DNA of 64,000 nucleotides from Leidyana gryllorum EB-2025a (taxonomy: Eukaryota; Protista; Apicomplexa). The position numbers were made by a program, and so were the translations under genes. Location of the stretch: the NCBI GenBank assembly GCA_048772705.1, contig JBLWGC010000140.1:1-64000 (forward strand), read 5' to 3'. Positions 48,956 to 60,898 of the stretch are shown here, piece by piece (position 1 is the first letter of the stretch; the number at the start of each line of letters is the position of its first letter). The notes under the pieces are model-generated. The model worked only from the letters and a program-made list of their open reading frames with translations. It had not been told where the DNA came from and did not search any database.

Positions 48956-51900
48956 ATGAATGGCGGTACCTTGGCTGACACGGGTCTGCCATTGGAGGTA
49001 GTAAATGCATTCGCTGACTTTGGAATTACCCGCCTCTTCGAATGGCAATCGGAATGCCTCGAAGCTTACCGCAAACATGGAGGTGCCCCTAATCTTGTTT
49101 ATGCTGCTCCCACGAGTGGTGGAAAGTCACTCGTCGCCGACATTGTGATGTGGTGTGAGCTCTTCACACAACCCGACACCTATGCGCTCGTCTGTTTACC
49201 CTTTGTTGCGCTCACTCGCGAAAAGTCAGCCAGCCTGTCTAAAGTCGCCGCCCGCACCGGTAATCCCCTTCATTTCGTAAATAGTGAAGTGTCTTGCGTT
49301 CCCTTCATTCACATTGCTCAACTCATGATGCGCAGGGTATTACGCATGATGCATAGGGTGCTGTGCGCAATGCACGTAGCGCTACCCCCAATGCAACTTG
49401 CACGATGAGCAATGCACACTGCAAGATCAACGATGCGTAGTGCAAAGCAGACTGGCGCAGGTTGCACAGCCCGTCTGTGCTTTCTGCACAAGCGCTGATG
49501 CCATCTGCACCTATGCTCTTGCGCATTTGCTTTGCACATTCATTCTTGCATATTTGAACCCACTTGTGCACATTCCCCTGATGCTATCCCAACTATTATG
49601 GCGGTCTGATGTTTCCCGCTTCCCAACTCCCGTGCTCGCTTTGAACACTGGTCTGGTACACGCACAGGAAAGAAGGTGGCTTGTTTCCACCATGGTAGCC
49701 CGGCCAAGTATGAGGACGACTTTGACATTGCTGTTGCTACGGTGGAGAAGAGCAGCACTATCATTCACCGTGCGGCTACTGATCTGTATCGTTCAGCGAC
49801 TGATCCCGACTGGAATCCAAAGACAAAGCGTTTGGGAGTGTTGATAATCGATGAGTTTCATACGTTCTTCATGCCTGGGAGAGGCGAGATGTTGGAAAAT
49901 GCTTTGATGAAGCTTAAATTTGCTTTGGAAGTGCCATGTACGTCCATAAACACGGTGCGACGGACGTCATTTGTGGAGGTGGGGGGGACGGGAGCGGCCC
50001 GAGAAGACTCTGAGTCGTCTCGAAGGCCGCCCCGCATAGTATGTATGTCGGCAACGTTTCCAGGTCTGGAACAAGTTGCCGAGTGGTTGGACGCGGCGGT
50101 CTACAGAACGACGAGACGGCCAGTTCCATTGCGTGAATACATCGTTGAACCCGAGACACACAGTACTTGGGAGGTCTGTTATCAACTCCATTTCCCTAAA
50201 CGTCGTTTAGGTGTAGCTCAAAGAGGGCGGAACATTCGCTGTGGTTCCCATGGCTGATCCCAACGATCCGCGCAAGCTTTTGGCTTACCCGGAGTTGGCT
50301 CGTTTGGCATTGGAGCCTTTATTGGATCGGCACTCGACACTCGTATTTTGTTCGTCTCGGCGAGAATGCGAGGTGGTCGCCGACAGACTTTCCGTTCTGC
50401 TGAGGACGGACCCTATCTTTGGTAAGGTGTTTGTCGGAGGGTGACGGGACACGGTGGGTCGAATAGCCTCAGGGGTATCGGCGGAGGAGCAGGCGGCTCG
50501 ACGGCAGCTGGTGCTCGCGATGAGAGTGATTGGCGTGAACGGCACTGGAGCCACGCGGGCTCAATTATGGGAGACTTGTCTCCTGATGGGGGTCGGCGTC
50601 CACCACAGCGGGCTTTCGACTCAGGAAAGGGAAGTTGTTGAGGAGGGGTACCGGTGAGAGACGGAGAAACAACTGGAGCGATTATATTGTCAAACAGCTC
50701 AGGAACTCTCAAATTACTGACTGCGACATCGACTTTGGCCGCCGGCGTTAATCTTCCCGCGCGTCGCGTTGTTTTTACCAAACCCTATGTGGGTATCTCC
50801 TTCTTGAACCCCCTGCAGTACAAACAGATGTGTGGCCGGGCCGGAAGGACGGGGCAGGGGGCTTTTGGAGAGTCATTCCTGATTTTGAAGGAGCGAAGTG
50901 AAGTTCAGCGGAGCAAAGAATTGCTGACGGCGCCGATCCTCGTCGCAGATCGACCGCCCCGAACCGAGCGGGCGCGAGAACAACTCGTCATTGTAAGTGT
51001 CTCACACGCAGGAGACGGCGTCTCCGTCGAACGGTCTTGTAGGAACTGCTGTCGCTGGTGTCCGTGGCGGATGCCGTGCCGACGGAGACGTTAAAGCGAT
51101 CGATATGGCTGTCATTCAGTCAGACGGAAGACGTTGACGCCGCTGAAGAGTCGTTCTTCCGCACTCTGGAGCGCTTGGAGCAATTGGGTCAGATCGTAAG
51201 GATTGGCGAATTGCCGATTGGAGACACCGCATTTCCACAGCAGCGGGAGTCGTCCGGCGACTATGTGAGGCCAACACGGTTGGGTTACGCGGTGGCGTGT
51301 GGGGGAATGCACCCCCTCGAGGCCTATTTATTGTGTCGTGACATTCAGCTGACACCAACTTGGGTGAGAGAGGGGTCATCGCGCTGTGTCTCCCTTCCGT
51401 CTGTGCTTTGTCTCCACTCTGTCTCTGTTGTTTCCCTCACTGTGTGTGTCTCGTCTTCCCGTCTTAGCTTTCTTTAAGGGGTTATCTTCGGTTTGTCAGT
51501 GTCCGGCGACCGATTTGCAGACGATATTCTATTTATCTCCGATGTCTGGATATACATCAATGGATCGGTATTTGGGTTGGCTGAGAGTCTATGAGGAGAC
51601 AAAGTCGATATGTTCGTCTCAGCCCTTCGAGGCGCTGACACGCAACTTGGACGGGTTACGCTTTTTATTGGAGATTCTGTCCCCCGTTGAAAAGGAAATG
51701 TTACGTCGAATGGATCTCGACTGCCAAACTCTGTTGATGCGCGTGGAAAGACTGTTGGGGGTTCCACGGCTGCTGGTGGTCGAGAGTGGCACCCTGAAAC
51801 CCCAGGATCTGTGGCGCACCCCTGGATATCTCCTGGTGAAAGTCGAAAGACTGTTTGTCGCAATGGTCGTCGAGTTTGCTCTAAACTCTCGTGTCCCGCT

Positions 51901-54900
51901 GAACAGATTACTGATGCACTTGAGAATGCTCGAAGGCGATGTTCAAAGTATGGTCCAAGCGGTCATGGCCAATGGAGCTGGTGTCGCCACCTTGATGTAT
52001 TCGTTGGGATGGAATCCATTAGGGATCGTTGTGGACCAGTTTTTGGCTCAACACGCCTTGGCCTCAGCCTCCGTCACCAGCGAAAAGTTGGTCCGTCTCA
52101 CTCAAGATCTCCCATTGATACCCGGTGAAGTTGTCCGGTACGTGCGCGTGTGTGGGTGTGCGGGTGTGCGAAAGTGTGTGGGTGTGCGGGTGTGTGAAAG
52201 TGTGCGGGTGTGTGACTCTGTGTGTGTGTAAGTCTATGTCTGCAGGGCACTGTTTGCTGAGGGTTGGCGGAGTGTGTCGAGTTTGGCTCGAACGGAGCCG
52301 AGTGTGATTGCTGCCTGTCTGACTGGATTGGTATTCCGTTGGGTTGGGGACACGGGTCGAGCTGCCAGTGTGGCGGCTGGTGCTGCTGAGCAGATAATTT
52401 TGATGGCTGGGATCGCTCGAAGATGCCGCATTATGTGGAAAGAGAGACGTTCATACTCAGATGAGCTGTTCGCTTTGGCTCTAAAAAACAAGTTGTTGCA
52501 GTTGGTCGTCGAGCCTTCTGGGAGTGGCGGTTCGCGGCCTCCAGCCGCGAAGAGAGCCCGACACTCTTCACCCCCTCCTCAAGATGGTCCATCGCCGCCA
52601 CAGCCACAGCCAGATCTCGAATCTGTTGGATTACTAAGCCCGCGGCTTCCCCCGTCTCCCCCTGAACCCGCGGGGCCGCGGTCTCGGTCGCGGTCACGCA
52701 CAAGTTCCCGAACGCGGTCTCCCCCTTCGCAGACATGGGCTTTGGCACGTGGATTTACGACGGTATCGCGGGAGTATAGTGGCAGTTGTAACAATGGAGT
52801 GCCGAGTTCGGACGCCGCTGTGGAGAACGAGACGGAGACGGCTGCCAAGCTGATGTTTCAGAGACCAAACATGTCTCAGGCGGCCCGTACGCTGGCGGAG
52901 TTGGAGTCTCTGTGTCTGACTCCCCGGCGCCGCTCGCCAGCGGTGAACACTTCTCCTCGCACAGATCTGCGATCTCTCAACGAAGAATTGGATGACATCG
53001 GTACAATACGCAAACGAGACACGATGTTTGGGGGCCCAGGCCAGAGTGGGACGGCACTCCCACCCGATCAGATACCGCCGGGGTATCAGAGGCGTTTGAG
53101 CTTTGGGTCTGCGGGGTCTCTGTTGTCGGAGCTGTCGGTGTTTTACACTGAACGAGACAGCGGTCGAGTGGACGAGACGGGTCGTATGGGTGAGAACAAT
53201 TATCACCACTCCTCCTCGAGTCTGGTGGACGAGATGGCGGCAACCGAGACGGCGGCGAGTCGGCGTCTCCTTCCGTGTGTGTCCAATCATCGGCGGCAGT
53301 CACTGCATCACTGTTCGTGGATGCGGGAGCGATTGTGTCAGTGGCGAAACGGGACGAATTTGACGCTGGAAGTGCCCAAATATGTCCACATTGAGGTGAA
53401 CTCTTTGTTCGAGTGTGCACCCGACCAGGGGGAGACTGCGTTGGAAGAGTGTCTCCAAAGTCTCGACCCCAATAAGGGGACTCCCGTTCTCTTCAAAGCG
53501 ACAATGTTATTTCGGGCGCCTCATCGGATGACTCTGCGCGGAGCCGTGGCACTTCAGGGCGTTCTGAGCTCCAACCACGTTGTGGTATTGGGTTTGATAG
53601 AGACACACACAATTTATGTTCTGGGATTGGAGGCCACGAACTCGCGAGTGGTCGCCGTGAGCACCTTTGATATCCACGCGCGGCTCATTCTGAGGGATTG
53701 GGTATCGGATCGGAGCAATATGCTCGTCTTCTCGGGAGATCACACTGTCCTTCCGGACCTGATGACTCTGCCGACCCAACAGCTGCTGTCGCGGAGCAGT
53801 GGAACCTGTTCCTCGACCACAGACAGTGACGCCACCAAGTTTCATCCCAACAAACAGCTCAGCAACAGTACAGAAATGCGGTCACTGTACCCCACAGCGA
53901 CTCTCACAGGCGGCGGCGGCAAAGAGATGCACAACGGGAGACGCGATTTTTTCGAGTCTGAAGAGCGCTTTGAGAATGGGCCTCGTTCTAAGTCTGGATC
54001 GCCGTCGTCTCGGTCGGACTCTTACGTCTCGGCGGCTTCGAGTGTTCCTCAGCTGCGTTGTGCCCTCATATCACTGAGTCTGGCTGCGTGGGTCGTCAAT
54101 TCGGACAAGTTTGGAAACCTCACCTCTCACAGCCAACTGGTGACGGCACTGATGGGGGCCACAAAGGGGATTGTCTCCAACGTGACCGACGACGACCCAA
54201 CGACAGCCGGATTGGTCCGCACGTGGGAGACGGTTGTGCTGTTTCACACTTTGGCGCTCCTCCTTCTTCGTACCGACAATTTGACTCGCTTTGCGCTGTT
54301 CGAAGTGCCGCACTTTGGTCACTTTCTTCGAATGTACCACGGAGGTCTCCCGTGTCGAATTTTACTCGAATTCCCAGTCAACAACTCCCCGCCGCCCTCG
54401 AGCGCCGATGTCCGCAGTTTCTTCGAACACCAAAAGGCGCGAGTGCACTCTGCTCGCGACTTTCGCCTTCTGATATTCGCAGTCAAACTGCGAATGGCAC
54501 TCCTCCAATACTTGGGGTCACAAAGGCGACTGCGCACTGGAAAGCCCGTCTCCTTTCTGAACGCCGAGGAGACCGGCAGAATTCTCGCCACAGAGATTCT
54601 CGGCGAGACGCCCAAGAAGGACCACTATTACACCTCCTCCAGGGTGAGTCTGAAAAAGCGGTTTGGTCTGAAGACTGAGTTCTCATTCAGAAATGGATGC
54701 GGGAAAAGGCGCGAGGGAACGGGCGGGCAGAGGCGTTTGTGGCGTATGTGGAAGAATATCGAATGCTTTCAAGCTTATTGCAAAAGTTGCAAGAGATGTC
54801 CAACTCGTGTCTAATCCCGTCCTACGACCTTTGTGGCAGTGTCACTGGACGAATTCACTCGGAATTGGTTGATCTGCTTCGGTTCGGCCCCTCCTCTCAG

Positions 54901-56574
54901 CTTACCTCACCCTTCGCCTCACTCATCGGCGATCCGATCCAGGGACCCCAACCCTTAGCCGAGGGCACCTTCCCCTCGGAAAAGGAGGGAGACTTGGCCA
55001 TCGATAGCTTGGTGCTGCCAGAGCTCTTCCCACACTCTGAAGATAACGTCCTTCTCTCCCTCGGCCGCCACTGCCCCTTCTGCACGGAACGATTGCAACC
55101 GTTCCTCAACAAGAAAAGAGACATATGCCCAAAACATGCACCGCTACTAGTCAGTGTCATTGGAAGGGAGGTGCTCTGCTGCGCTCATGGCTCATTCCTC
55201 CATGGCGTCATCCAGGAAGTCACTTCCCAGACCGTCGCCGTCGCTGTACAACTCCACGCGACCACACGAGCTCGCCATAGTAGTCTCCAAAGGTCCTCCT
55301 CTCGGCTACCGGGAGCCCCAGGTCTACTACTCCTACCCCCTCCTCATGTGTATTTACTGCCACCCTGTGAGCCTGATGTAAGTTTGTGTGTGGGTGTGAG
55401 TGTGTGCGGGTGTGCGGGTGTGTGGGTGTGTCGCGGGTGTGTGAGTGTGTGAGTGTGTGAGTGTGTGGGTGTGCGGGTGTGTGAGTGTGTGCAGATGCAG
55501 AAGATCGTCTTCGCTGCTGTCTTTGCGCTGCGCTCGCGTTTCTTTCTTTCTCTCTGTGTTGATGAAGAAGTACCATTTCCATTTGATGTCAGACTCCTCC
55601 CGTGAGATACCAAGGGCGATTGGAAGAGACATATTGTGTTGGCCCACGACTTCTAATATCCCCCCCATGTTCCAAATTGTTGTTATCCATTGATCTACAG
55701 CAAATAGAAGTGAGTTGAATACGTTGCGTTGAACTGAGACGATTTGATCGTTTTCTTTCTCAGTTGCGATTACTGACACATTATTCATGCGACTCACGGC
55801 TGGAAGCGATTCTGCAGAATCGCGATGCCAACGTTTTCGAAGAAATTGCATCAATTTGGCTGCGGAAGCCAATTGGCGCTGTGACTAAGAGGGACAGACT
55901 GGGAGCCAAGAAATGCGTATACAGTCTGTTGTATGGACTGGGGTGTCGCGAATGGGAACGGCGGCAGCGAGCGGCCGAGGATGCTGCTGATTTGACAGCA
56001 GCCGTTGCAGGTGACGACTTTGCTGCGCAACTTCGGTCTCAGAAGGTCGCCACAAACGCCTTCTTCACTGCCTTTCCCCAAACCGAGGAATTCTTAGCTG
56101 ACTTTGGACAGACTATACTGCGAGACGGCTATGTCGAGACGCTGGCGGGACGGAAACGCTACTTCCCGATACTGAAATCACAGCTGTGGTACGTGTGTAA
56201 CATTGGAGTTACGTACGAATCTCAACTTTTCTGTTTCCTCTTAGCACCGAAGTTGCGAAAGTTCGCTGCCTCCGTCACGCACTGTGTACTCTGTGCCAAG
56301 GATCAGCGGCCGACATTATAAAACTTTGTCACAATCATCTGGGCGCCCTATTGGCTCCCGAGGAAGGACGACCCATTCTGCAAATACACGACGAGGTCGT
56401 CTTGGAGCTAAATCGGGACAAAGTTGCCCAACTTCTGTGAGTGTCTGTCATTGTTGATCCAATGGGAGAGTGAGTAGGACCCCTATTCTGCACTGTGTCA
56501 CCTCGGTGGTGCGTCTTCGAGTTCCAATCGTCGTTCGGTGGCGACTTGGGACTTGCTGGGCAGCTTGCACTTAA
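48956..56574 (+). CDS. POLQ: DNA polymerase theta (SF2 helicase plus family A polymerase), many introns
   Basis: Helicase: [54 protein letters not shown]. Polymerase: SVTGRI, motif A DLQQIE|LR, motif [27 protein letters not shown], motif [18 protein letters not shown]. Confidence 0.93.
49290..49600. repeat. TGCA-rich ~7-bp periodic island in POLQ intron 1 (intron 49260-49667)
   Basis: 49391-49446 reads atgcaac ttgcacg atgagca atgcaca ctgcaag atcaacg atgcgta gtgcaaa. Confidence 0.7.
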
Positions 56575-56730
56575 AAGGAGACGCCAGCAGGAGCAGCAGG
56601 AGGAGGAGCGAGTGTGTGTGTGTGTTTGTGTGTGTATGTATGCATGTATAGTGGTAGCGCTAGTGCTAGCCACACTGGCAGCGGTCATTCATTCACGTTG
56701 ATGATCAGCAGACTCAAAACGATCGATCGA

Positions 56731-58565
56731 TCAGAATCCCCCATTGCTGTTGGAAGATGACTGAGCTACCCGGTTGAACCATCCAGCAGCGCTCTTGAAA
56801 GTCTGCAGCAACAAAAGGGAATGAGGTCGAGAATGATAGTCGATCGATCGAGAGAGAGAGAGGGAGAGAGAGAGAGAAAGACAGACACGTAACGCAGCAC
56901 ACACAGCAGCAGCAGCAGCAGCATTTTGGATCAAATTTAATTGACTTTGATTGAAGCCATTTCATGCGGCACAGAGGGAATGGAGGTGACACAGAGACAG
57001 TGAGAAAAGCGAGAGACAGAGAGAGAGGTGAGAGAGAAGAAAGAAATATGAGAGAGAAGATCATTGATGATCAGGTGGTATAGGGAGAGACATTGCGGTC
57101 AGCCACAGAGTCAGCCAGCCAGTCAATCCGTCAAAGAGAGTACAAGTTGGGGTACAGCGTACCTCTTGAGCAGCCATTGCTATGTCAGCAGCCTTTTGGA
57201 CTGCCTTGTCGTGATAGATGCCAAGTCGAGTTGCGGCTTCGTCCTCGAACGTGGGTCTATTGGCCGCCTCATCTGTGCCAAAGAACGCATCAGATGAGAT
57301 AGCGTTGGCGGATTTGAATCGAGTGTAATCCGCCGGGGTGCCTGAGGACTTCTTTCGACGGGAATCTGTTGACTCGTCGTTGCACTCAAAGTCCTGAGCA
57401 GATATGGCTTTGGCCGTCGAGAGATCCTTTCTGGTCCCACTCATCAGAAGACTCGAGTCCATCCCCCCACTGGACGTTATCAAGAAACCGTGCGTATTCT
57501 GCTGCTGCTTCTTGGTGTCAGCGCTGGAAGCGGAGGAGTAGTAACCCCCTCCACCCGACTCGTGAGCAGCGACGGACCTCTCCACCAACGATCCGGGATG
57601 AGACACAGTACTCGGCGACGGTGCTTTCGCCGCCACTTTCGGAGCGGACTGGAAAGCGGAGTCGAAGTCAAAATCAAAGTCGTCCGTCTGAACTTTCATG
57701 GCCGACTTATTTGTAGTCGCTGAAGCTTGAAAGTGGCCGCCAGAAGATTTAGACGCCCCAGAGCGGTCCACCACGTAGCCTCGGGCATACGGTGCCCCAG
57801 CCCCAGACTCGTAACCAACACCCGCTACCATATTGGATGATTCATTCTTCGATACGGCGGGGTTGGGCTTATTATAAACAACCTCAGTCGCTTCTTGAGG
57901 CGGCGACATCGCTGAGGTTTCGTCAGGGAATTCAATATTGGACGAAATCGCGGCGGCACCCGCCACCGGACTCTGCGCTCTCCAGGGAACGCTCAAGTCC
58001 GGTCGGTACTTCTCCATTGTTTCAGCAAGCTCTTTCTGCAACCGGAACACACTGTGTCCACCCGCACGAACACGAACAACTTACATCCAGAGCCTTCCGA
58101 TATCTCTCACATAGCTTGGATCTGTAGTCAGTTGGTCTACCCTCAGGAGCTCTGAGCGGCCACACATGTCAATCGAAAGCTGCGAAACCCTTCCTACCCA
58201 TGGGATCTGAAGAACGTTCGTGCCCGGGCGTTGCCGCCCAACTCCATGCGCAATAATTCATCGAGCTTTATGCGGTCCAGATCAGTGGATCGAACAAAAC
58301 TGACACGAGCGCCCAAGTTCCGGTGCTGACCTGAACAGGTCATGCACAGGAAGATGCCAAAAGTGGCAGATATCCATGTGTTATTACGCCCAGCGCAATC
58401 GAAACAACTGACACAAACACCTCATCGAACAAACACCCCCGCTGGCACTTACAAGCGATTCTCCGGCTGGGACCGCAGCAGATGGAATATTTTGTCACGG
58501 TCGGCATCCGACACGAAGCCTTTCCCATCTGTTTCAAGCGCGGGAGCTCTGAGGCGTGGCTCCAT
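56731..58565 (-). CDS. ArfGAP2/3 (Glo3)-like ARF GTPase-activating protein
   Basis: CFDC...FGIFLCMTCSGQHRNLG..SFVRST zinc finger and GGN. Glo3-type AISAQDF / AISSDAFFG motifs and a C-terminal amphipathic helix. Confidence 0.9.
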
Positions 58566-58633
58566 TGGATAGATGATACTTTTTTTTCCTCAATCTGCAC
58601 AACACCGGCTGTGTCACTGGCACTGTGGCCACG

Positions 58634-58649
58634 AGCACACGCGTGTGCT
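58634..58649. promoter_or_regulatory. Perfect 16-bp palindrome in the divergent ArfGAP / V-ATPase F spacer (putative cis element)
   Basis: agcacacgcgtgtgct; regulatory function is inferred only from its position. Confidence 0.4.
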
Positions 58650-58699
58650 GATGGCCATGATATTTGAATTTTCTTTATCGCTCAACTGCATTTGTCCAG

Positions 58700-59225
58700 A
58701 TGAGTCGGTCTAAGAGGTTATGGACTGGTGGTGATCTCAAACTGTCGGTCATCGGTGATGAGGTAAACCCCCCGTCCCACCCTTTGTCAAATTCAACAGG
58801 ATACAGTCACTGGCTTCTTGCTTTCGGGTATCGGTCACCGTGACCGGTCCGGCAAAGTGAACTTTCTCGTGGTCAACAACCGTAAGTCCGCGTCAGAAAG
58901 GCCGCGTCATACTGCAATACTCTGTAGGTACGACGACGGCTATCATTGAAGACACCTTTACGGACTTCTCCACGCGGGCGGATATGGGTGTGATTCTGAT
59001 CAATCAGGCCATTGCGGACCGCATTCGACCTATCTTGGACACATACAAAGAGAACATTCCCACTGTACTCGAGATTCCCAGCAAGGATCACCCATACGAC
59101 TCATCTAAGGTGTGTAAACTGGTGTGTCACACTATTTGTCTACCGTTTCCCTTCAGGACTCTGTCATGCAACGGGTCAAAGTTTTCTTTGGAGGAAGTCT
59201 TCCGGGAGCTCAGACAGAAAGCTAA
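58700..59225 (+). CDS. ATP6V1F: V-type H+-ATPase subunit F (4 exons)
   Basis: VIGDE|DTVTGFLLSGIG, ILINQAIADRIR and PTVLEIPSKDHPYDSSK|DSVMQRV. Confidence 0.95.
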
Positions 59226-59242
59226 GGCTTTTTTTTGGTCGT

Positions 59243-60898
59243 ATGCCATCTATTCGCGTGGATTTGAGACGGAGGGGAGACGGTGCTGCTGTGAGGCCAG
59301 CATGGATAGGGCTGATTAGAACTATGGTGGACGCCACTGGCGCACAACTTTTGCCTCACCCGGTGGATGACGGCGTATTGAGCGCGGGCGACTCCCAACA
59401 AGCGCACCAACACGAGAAAAGGACTGGAATCGAAGAGGCCCTGCGCATCGCTCTTGACCGAGTCGGAAGCGATAACACTGGACATTGCAACCTCTCTGAC
59501 ACCAAAGCCCAAACGGTAGTGGCCGCGGAGGGACTCGCGGGTGACAGTCCGGTAGCCGCTGAGTCGATAAAACCCGATCAGCAAACTGCAGTGCTGGAGG
59601 AAGAAATTGCAACCGTACCATTGGAGCCGTTGTTTGCCGACACTTTCAGCATCCCCGCTGCCGAGCCGATTGAAGGCGGTGCAAGTGCCGCTGCCGAAGC
59701 CGGCGAGGAGAGTGAGGCGGCTGTTTTATCTCCTGTGGACAAAGTGGAGATGGGTATATTCGATGAGGCCGGGTTGAGAGCGATGGGTGTGAAGCCTCGT
59801 GAAATTGCAAAATATCGAAGAATGGCTATGGTGGCAAAGAAGAGACTGGCTGATGAGGAAGAGGCCCGTTTGAAAGAGGAAGCGATAGCAAAATCTGCGG
59901 CTTTGTATACAGACAACTATATGGTTCATGTGGAGGCTATATTGAGTCCGGAGAGGGATCTGAATGAGCAGACACTGTTGGCGGGTAACTGTGAAACCCC
60001 AGAGGAGCTGCAGGCGATGATTGATCGGAAACTCATTGACGATTACCCCTTTCATATCGTCCAAGAGATTATTTCGACTCGAACTGGGAACCCGACCCGC
60101 ACGGCCGAACTGTTGCAGCAATTCCAGGAACAGGCGGCAGTGTTGTGGAAGAAACCGGTGGAGATGGTGACACAGAGTGAAACGGCGAAGATCGCGTGTT
60201 GGTTTTTGGGACAGAGAGAGGCTCGACGCAGCAATGCGAGCAAGCGGTGGCCAGGGTTGGTCGACTATTTTTTCCGGAAGATGGACGAACACGACCCAAT
60301 GTATCTGCCAAACGGTCGAGTCAACAAGGCCATTCTGCCAGACTTTCTGGGGGTGGTCGACTTGAAGGGTATTGGAGAGACCATTGTGTACGCAGAACAG
60401 GCAGAGCACGAACAACAGATTCAGGACGCCTGGGCTCGCAGTCGCTGGGAAATGATGGACACCAGTACCATTGATCATCGATCCAATCCCAACAAGTTTG
60501 ACTCTGAGAGTGGGAGGGCAGGCAGTGTTGGCCGTATCCTGGCGTGGCTAAAGTTTCTCTTCGTCAAAGGGCTCGAAGCCCGTCGAGCCTCAGAGGAGGA
60601 AGACGACTACGGCTTCCCAATCGAAGCCGAAAAGCCCTTCACAGGAACCAAAATGATACTGCCTCAAGAGGACGAATCATTGTTCTATCTAAGTACCCCT
60701 CACGCCCGCATCTTCAATAATATCTTCCCGGACTATCGTCTGCGTATAGCACCCAACCGCGATGTGCTCTTCGACAAATGGCTCCGCAGACAAATCCATG
60801 AAGGCATCCTCAATATCCCCGGACAGCACAAACGCTGGAAAGATATGCAATTCGATAATCCTCACGCAGATCGCGACGATGACTTTAACGAGGACTGA
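59243..60898 (+). CDS. Hypothetical protein, about 550 aa, intronless (start 59243 or 59324)
   Basis: Long ORF; the part upstream of 59243 merely overlaps V-ATPase F. Confidence 0.75.
   Translation: MPSIRVDLRRRGDGAAVRPAWIGLIRTMVDATGAQLLPHPVDDGVLSAGDSQQAHQHEKRTGIEEALRIALDRVGSDNTGHCNLSDTKAQTVVAAEGLAGDSPVAAESIKPDQQTAVLEEEIATVPLEPLFADTFSIPAAEPIEGGASAAAEAGEESEAAVLSPVDKVEMGIFDEAGLRAMGVKPREIAKYRRMAMVAKKRLADEEEARLKEEAIAKSAALYTDNYMVHVEAILSPERDLNEQTLLAGNCETPEELQAMIDRKLIDDYPFHIVQEIISTRTGNPTRTAELLQQFQEQAAVLWKKPVEMVTQSETAKIACWFLGQREARRSNASKRWPGLVDYFFRKMDEHDPMYLPNGRVNKAILPDFLGVVDLKGIGETIVYAEQAEHEQQIQDAWARSRWEMMDTSTIDHRSNPNKFDSESGRAGSVGRILAWLKFLFVKGLEARRASEEEDDYGFPIEAEKPFTGTKMILPQEDESLFYLSTPHARIFNNIFPDYRLRIAPNRDVLFDKWLRRQIHEGILNIPGQHKRWKDMQFDNPHADRDDDFNED

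Noticed and set aside
59012-59242. N-terminal 77 codons of the 628-aa ORF
   Set aside because: Starts at a non-ATG codon and overlaps V-ATPase F exons and an intron; likely not translated.
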